Positions 16,937 to 20,000 of a stretch of 20,000 bases of DNA are shown here, one piece after another (position 1 is the stretch's first letter; each line of letters opens with the position of its first letter). Source of the DNA: an uncultured virus (IMG/VR IMGVR_UViG_3300025695_000008) (lineage: Duplodnaviria; Heunggongvirae; Uroviricota; Caudoviricetes); IMG/VR virus record IMGVR_UViG_3300025695_000008; one strand, 5' to 3'. The notes under the pieces were generated by a model, which did no database searches, was not told the DNA's origin, and worked only from the letters and a program-made list of their open reading frames with translations. The position numbers and the translations under genes are program-made.

Positions 16937-18361
16937 TTACAATCCCCTAGAAATTTCTGTAATTTCTTTTTCAACATCGTTGTTCGAATTAACTATCTCT
17001 TTTTGTAAATAGTTCCTAAGACCCTCTAGTTTCTTGGCTCTTTTCTGAGATTCAAAGCCGTTTTCTGTTAATAAGTCTTCAGTATCTATAGATATCGTTG
17101 AATTATCGAATTTACAATCCTTAAATATCATACCATCATCGCCCATCCTATTTTTTAAGATAGATATTGTAGCAACTTTTTGTTCTTTTTGCTCTAAAGT
17201 TTTACCGATACTCATTATGAAGTGTGCTATTTGAGCTTTCTTTAGGTTACCACCCATATTTTCTGTCTTCACCACCTCAATACTCGTAGCACTTCTATTA
17301 CCCTGAGTTGCTGTCCATGCCGCTACGTTCATCTCTTCGACCATAGTTTCAAACTGTCTCATAACCTTACCTTCATTTGACCATTCTTCGGAACCAGAGG
17401 TGGCGTTATCCATAGATAAACAATCTATATAATCTAAAACTAATATATCGACTTTTGAACCTTTAGAGTTAATCTTTTTGATAACGTTCTTTATCTTACT
17501 TATTGTAGTACCATCTGATGGTAATTTCTGTAGATATAGTTGGTTATTGTTTCTCTCTTTTATAGACTTTATTTGTGAATTGATCACCTCTTTATTCTCA
17601 TGTAATTCACTTAAGGGTATACCAGTAAGTGCTGAGAAGTGTTTTCTTTGTATCGCCTCTTCTTTGTCTTCGAAAAACACTTGTAAAACGGTTTTACCAT
17701 CTAAAAATGCACTACTAGCTACTTTTGTTAAGAAGGTGGTTTTACCCACACCTAATGGAGCTATCACCATGGCTAACTCACCTTTAGATAAACCACCTTT
17801 AGTGATGTCATCTATACCGCTTATCCCAGTTGGTATTGGTGCTCTGTACTCTTCAGATAAAACATTTTCGATATTATCAAAAACTAGTATCGGATCTTTT
17901 TCGTCTTTAAATGTGATAGCATCTTTAATCTTCTTCTCTATCTCATCGTAATCAGAAATGATACCGCGATCTAATTTGATTTTAACCTCATTTATAACGT
18001 TTTTTATAGATTGTAACCTACAAAACTTTCTAGAGTTACTCTGAACATTAAGGTTACCAATCTTACACATCTCTATTTCAGCTGAAGTATCTATTAGCTG
18101 AGCTCTTAGAGCTTCGTGTTCTGGTGGTACTTCTTCTTTTATTAGAATACCCAGTGCTTTGAAGTTGGGTAATACATCGTGTACGTCATGATACCTTTTT
18201 ATTAGGTGTATAATTTTCTTAAACGCTTCCGAAGGGAAGAAATCTGGTTTTATTATATCAATAATAGACTTCCCAAATTTATGATCTGTTACTATTTCAT
18301 TTAATAATTGTATTTGGAAATCCTTCCCTAAATCTTCGAAACTACTTATTGTATGATTCAT
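16937..18361 (-). CDS. dnaB: Replicative DNA helicase, DnaB/T4 gp41-like SF4 (474 aa)
   Basis: IPTGISGIDDITKGGLSKGELAMVIAPLGVGKTT (Walker A), ILVLDYID (Walker B), TATQGNR and the KNRMG arginine finger. DnaB-like helical N-terminal domain. Confidence 0.92.
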   Translation of the reverse strand: MNHTISSFEDLGKDFQIQLLNEIVTDHKFGKSIIDIIKPDFFPSEAFKKIIHLIKRYHDVHDVLPNFKALGILIKEEVPPEHEALRAQLIDTSAEIEMCKIGNLNVQSNSRKFCRLQSIKNVINEVKIKLDRGIISDYDEIEKKIKDAITFKDEKDPILVFDNIENVLSEEYRAPIPTGISGIDDITKGGLSKGELAMVIAPLGVGKTTFLTKVASSAFLDGKTVLQVFFEDKEEAIQRKHFSALTGIPLSELHENKEVINSQIKSIKERNNNQLYLQKLPSDGTTISKIKNVIKKINSKGSKVDILVLDYIDCLSMDNATSGSEEWSNEGKVMRQFETMVEEMNVAAWTATQGNRSATSIEVVKTENMGGNLKKAQIAHFIMSIGKTLEQKEQKVATISILKNRMGDDGMIFKDCKFDNSTISIDTEDLLTENGFESQKRAKKLEGLRNYLQKEIVNSNNDVEKEITEISRGL

Positions 18362-18376
18362 TTATTTTATTTTATC

Positions 18377-18838
18377 TTATTGTAAATCCATCTCTATGTT
18401 GTAACCCATGTATTCTGTCTCAAGGTATTTGTTTGGTGTACACAAACATTTTTGTATTTTAGTTATCAAATCATATATATGACTTCTAACGTCTACAGTG
18501 TACCTAATTTTAACTGGGTATATAGTGGCATCCCATTCTCTATAAGCTATAACTTTGTCTTCTCTTTTAACTACGATTCTTAATTTATCATCGGAACCAT
18601 TTTGTTCGTAGTTAGGGTTTTCGTAGAATTTACGTTGGTTTTTATTAATAAAATCAACACTTCTTTCTTTCAACACCTCTTGTATCAATTCCATGTTCTC
18701 ATCCATTGCTTCTTTGAAGTTGATTGAGTTGATGGCTCTTTTATTAAAACCTATAATATCAAAGTATCTCTGCACTATTATATTATCATTTAGGTATAAG
18801 GTAAACCCAAATTTTCTCTGTTCGTTTTTCTTGTTCAT
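18377..18838 (-). CDS. Hypothetical phage protein (153 aa) in the replication cluster
   Basis: ATG 1 nt after the exonuclease stop; fills the gap to the helicase exactly. No recognised motif. Confidence 0.75.
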   Translation of the reverse strand: MNKKNEQRKFGFTLYLNDNIIVQRYFDIIGFNKRAINSINFKEAMDENMELIQEVLKERSVDFINKNQRKFYENPNYEQNGSDDKLRIVVKREDKVIAYREWDATIYPVKIRYTVDVRSHIYDLITKIQKCLCTPNKYLETEYMGYNIEMDLQ

Positions 18839-18839
18839 A

Positions 18840-19892
18840 TTAGTTTTTTTTATCTAATTTATAAGCGTTTTCTTCTTTCTTTATAATAGTAATAAATGAT
18901 GACCAGAAAACAAAAAAATTATCATCATTTTTAGGTAAAAAACTCAATAATTCGTCCTCTTTCATCATTTCCATAACTTTTTTGATTCCACCTCTACCTT
19001 TTGGTGATAAAGTCTCACTGACCATCTCCTTAATAGACGTTTTTAGTTCTTCTGTTATGTTTGGTTCTTTTAGGTTTATTATTTTATTCATAACAGAAAA
19101 ATAATCGTCACCGTAAGTACCCCATTTGGTTTCACCATTTAATATAGCTTTTAACCCGTTGTCGTTTGGTTTCTCCTCTAACAACTCTTTGGTTCTACTT
19201 ATAACCCAATTATAATCGACTGGTATGTCTTTTATTTCTGGGAAGTATTTAAGCACCTTTTTCTCACCAATATTCTTAACACCAGAAATGTTATCACTAC
19301 TGTCACCAGCAATCATCTTAATAATACCCACATTCATGTGGTGATAATCAAAGTAAGACTTAAAATTATCTTTATTAATCATGACTCTAGCTTTACTAAT
19401 GGTTAACTGAACCTTAGTGTCATCATCTAAAAGTTGTAACAAGTCTCTGTCGTTAGTGTATATCACTTTGTTCTCACCTGGTGAGTTCATACAATAATGA
19501 GCTATACCATCGTCAGCTTCACACCCATCGACCTCTACTTGTCTTATCGATAATTCTTCTAAGTATTGTTTGATTCTGATTCTCTGTCTATCTAGATCGA
19601 ACCTTTCGCCGTCATCGTACTTATCATTTCGGTTCATCTTATAGTAAGGGTAATAAGCTTTTCTGTAATCTTTAGAACCTTCACCTTCCCAAAATACAAC
19701 TACCTTAGTTACAGCGTAGTCTTGATAAAATCGTTTTATAGTATTTATAAAATGATATATAGTACCAACACTACCATGCTTACCTTGCGTATGTTTCGCT
19801 CCGTGAAACCCTTGCTTTAGTAAGTACTCACCATCAATAAGTAATGAATTAATGGTGGTACGTCTATTTCTTGTGGGTTTATTAATTTTCAT
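18840..19892 (-). CDS. 5'-3' exonuclease / flap endonuclease (Pol I N-terminal, T4 RNase H / T5 D15-like) (350 aa)
   Basis: LLIDG, YRKAYYPYYKMNR, EADDGIA, TNDRDLLQL, and the helix-3-turn-helix motif GDSSDNISGVKNIGEKK. Confidence 0.93.
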   Translation of the reverse strand: MKINKPTRNRRTTINSLLIDGEYLLKQGFHGAKHTQGKHGSVGTIYHFINTIKRFYQDYAVTKVVVFWEGEGSKDYRKAYYPYYKMNRNDKYDDGERFDLDRQRIRIKQYLEELSIRQVEVDGCEADDGIAHYCMNSPGENKVIYTNDRDLLQLLDDDTKVQLTISKARVMINKDNFKSYFDYHHMNVGIIKMIAGDSSDNISGVKNIGEKKVLKYFPEIKDIPVDYNWVISRTKELLEEKPNDNGLKAILNGETKWGTYGDDYFSVMNKIINLKEPNITEELKTSIKEMVSETLSPKGRGGIKKVMEMMKEDELLSFLPKNDDNFFVFWSSFITIIKKEENAYKLDKKN

Positions 19893-20000
19893 CCGTTTGT
19901 AAATCGTAATCGTTTGACCCTAATGTCTCTGCCCAGTAGTCAGAATACTCTTTTTTATATTCAGCGATAGATTCTTTTGTATCCAATATAAATCCGTGTG
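19882..20000 (-). CDS. C-terminal fragment of an upstream replication/recombination gene (possibly RecA-like ATPase); 5'-truncated
   Basis: Manual translation HGFILDTKESIAEYKKEYSDYWAETLGSNDYDLQTDEN*, with TAA at 19882-19884 overlapping the exonuclease start. The RecA-like identity rests only on gene context and recollection of similar phage clusters, not on a visible motif. Confidence 0.55.
   Translation of the reverse strand, partial: HGFILDTKESIAEYKKEYSDYWAETLGSNDYDLQTDEN

Noticed and set aside
3579..17951. All plus-strand ORFs in the track (61-157 aa)
   Set aside because: Each lies essentially wholly antisense to a long, well-supported minus-strand gene, has the I/L/S/F-rich composition typical of shadow frames, and shows no recognisable motif.
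13481..18361. Inteins, introns or homing endonucleases in nrdA, nrdB or the helicase (common insertion hotspots)
   Set aside because: Protein lengths are normal, conserved motifs are contiguous, and no intein splice-junction, LAGLIDADG or HNH motifs are visible.
1..20000. Stop-codon reassignment (alternative genetic code), known in some large Bacteroidota phages
   Set aside because: Genes are full length in the standard code with near-complete coding density. TAG ends nrdB exactly at its conserved C-terminus (FTDDF), and TGA ends the 739-aa gene at an overlap junction.

Overview
AT-rich (about 30% GC by eye), densely coding segment of a large contractile-tailed (myovirus-like) dsDNA phage. 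Every credible gene is on the minus strand. Read in the direction of transcription (right to left), the first module covers replication and nucleotide metabolism: the C-terminal tail of a truncated gene (possibly RecA-like), a 5'-3' exonuclease/FEN, a 153-aa hypothetical, a DnaB/gp41-type helicase, and class Ia ribonucleotide reductase nrdB then nrdA. A strong intrinsic terminator and a candidate promoter motif (TATTTATA) follow. Then comes a tightly packed, at least 13.4-kb baseplate operon: gp25-like, gp6-like, five large uncharacterised proteins, and a >1108-aa gp7/P2-gpI-like wedge protein that the ORF track missed because it runs off the left edge. The Bacteroidota-like RNR and the lack of Shine-Dalgarno motifs suggest a Bacteroidota host (inference). 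I saw no RNA genes, CRISPR arrays, inteins or mobile elements. The most novel-looking elements are the baseplate operon architecture, the accessory domains on the giant wedge protein and the upstream TATTTAT motif.
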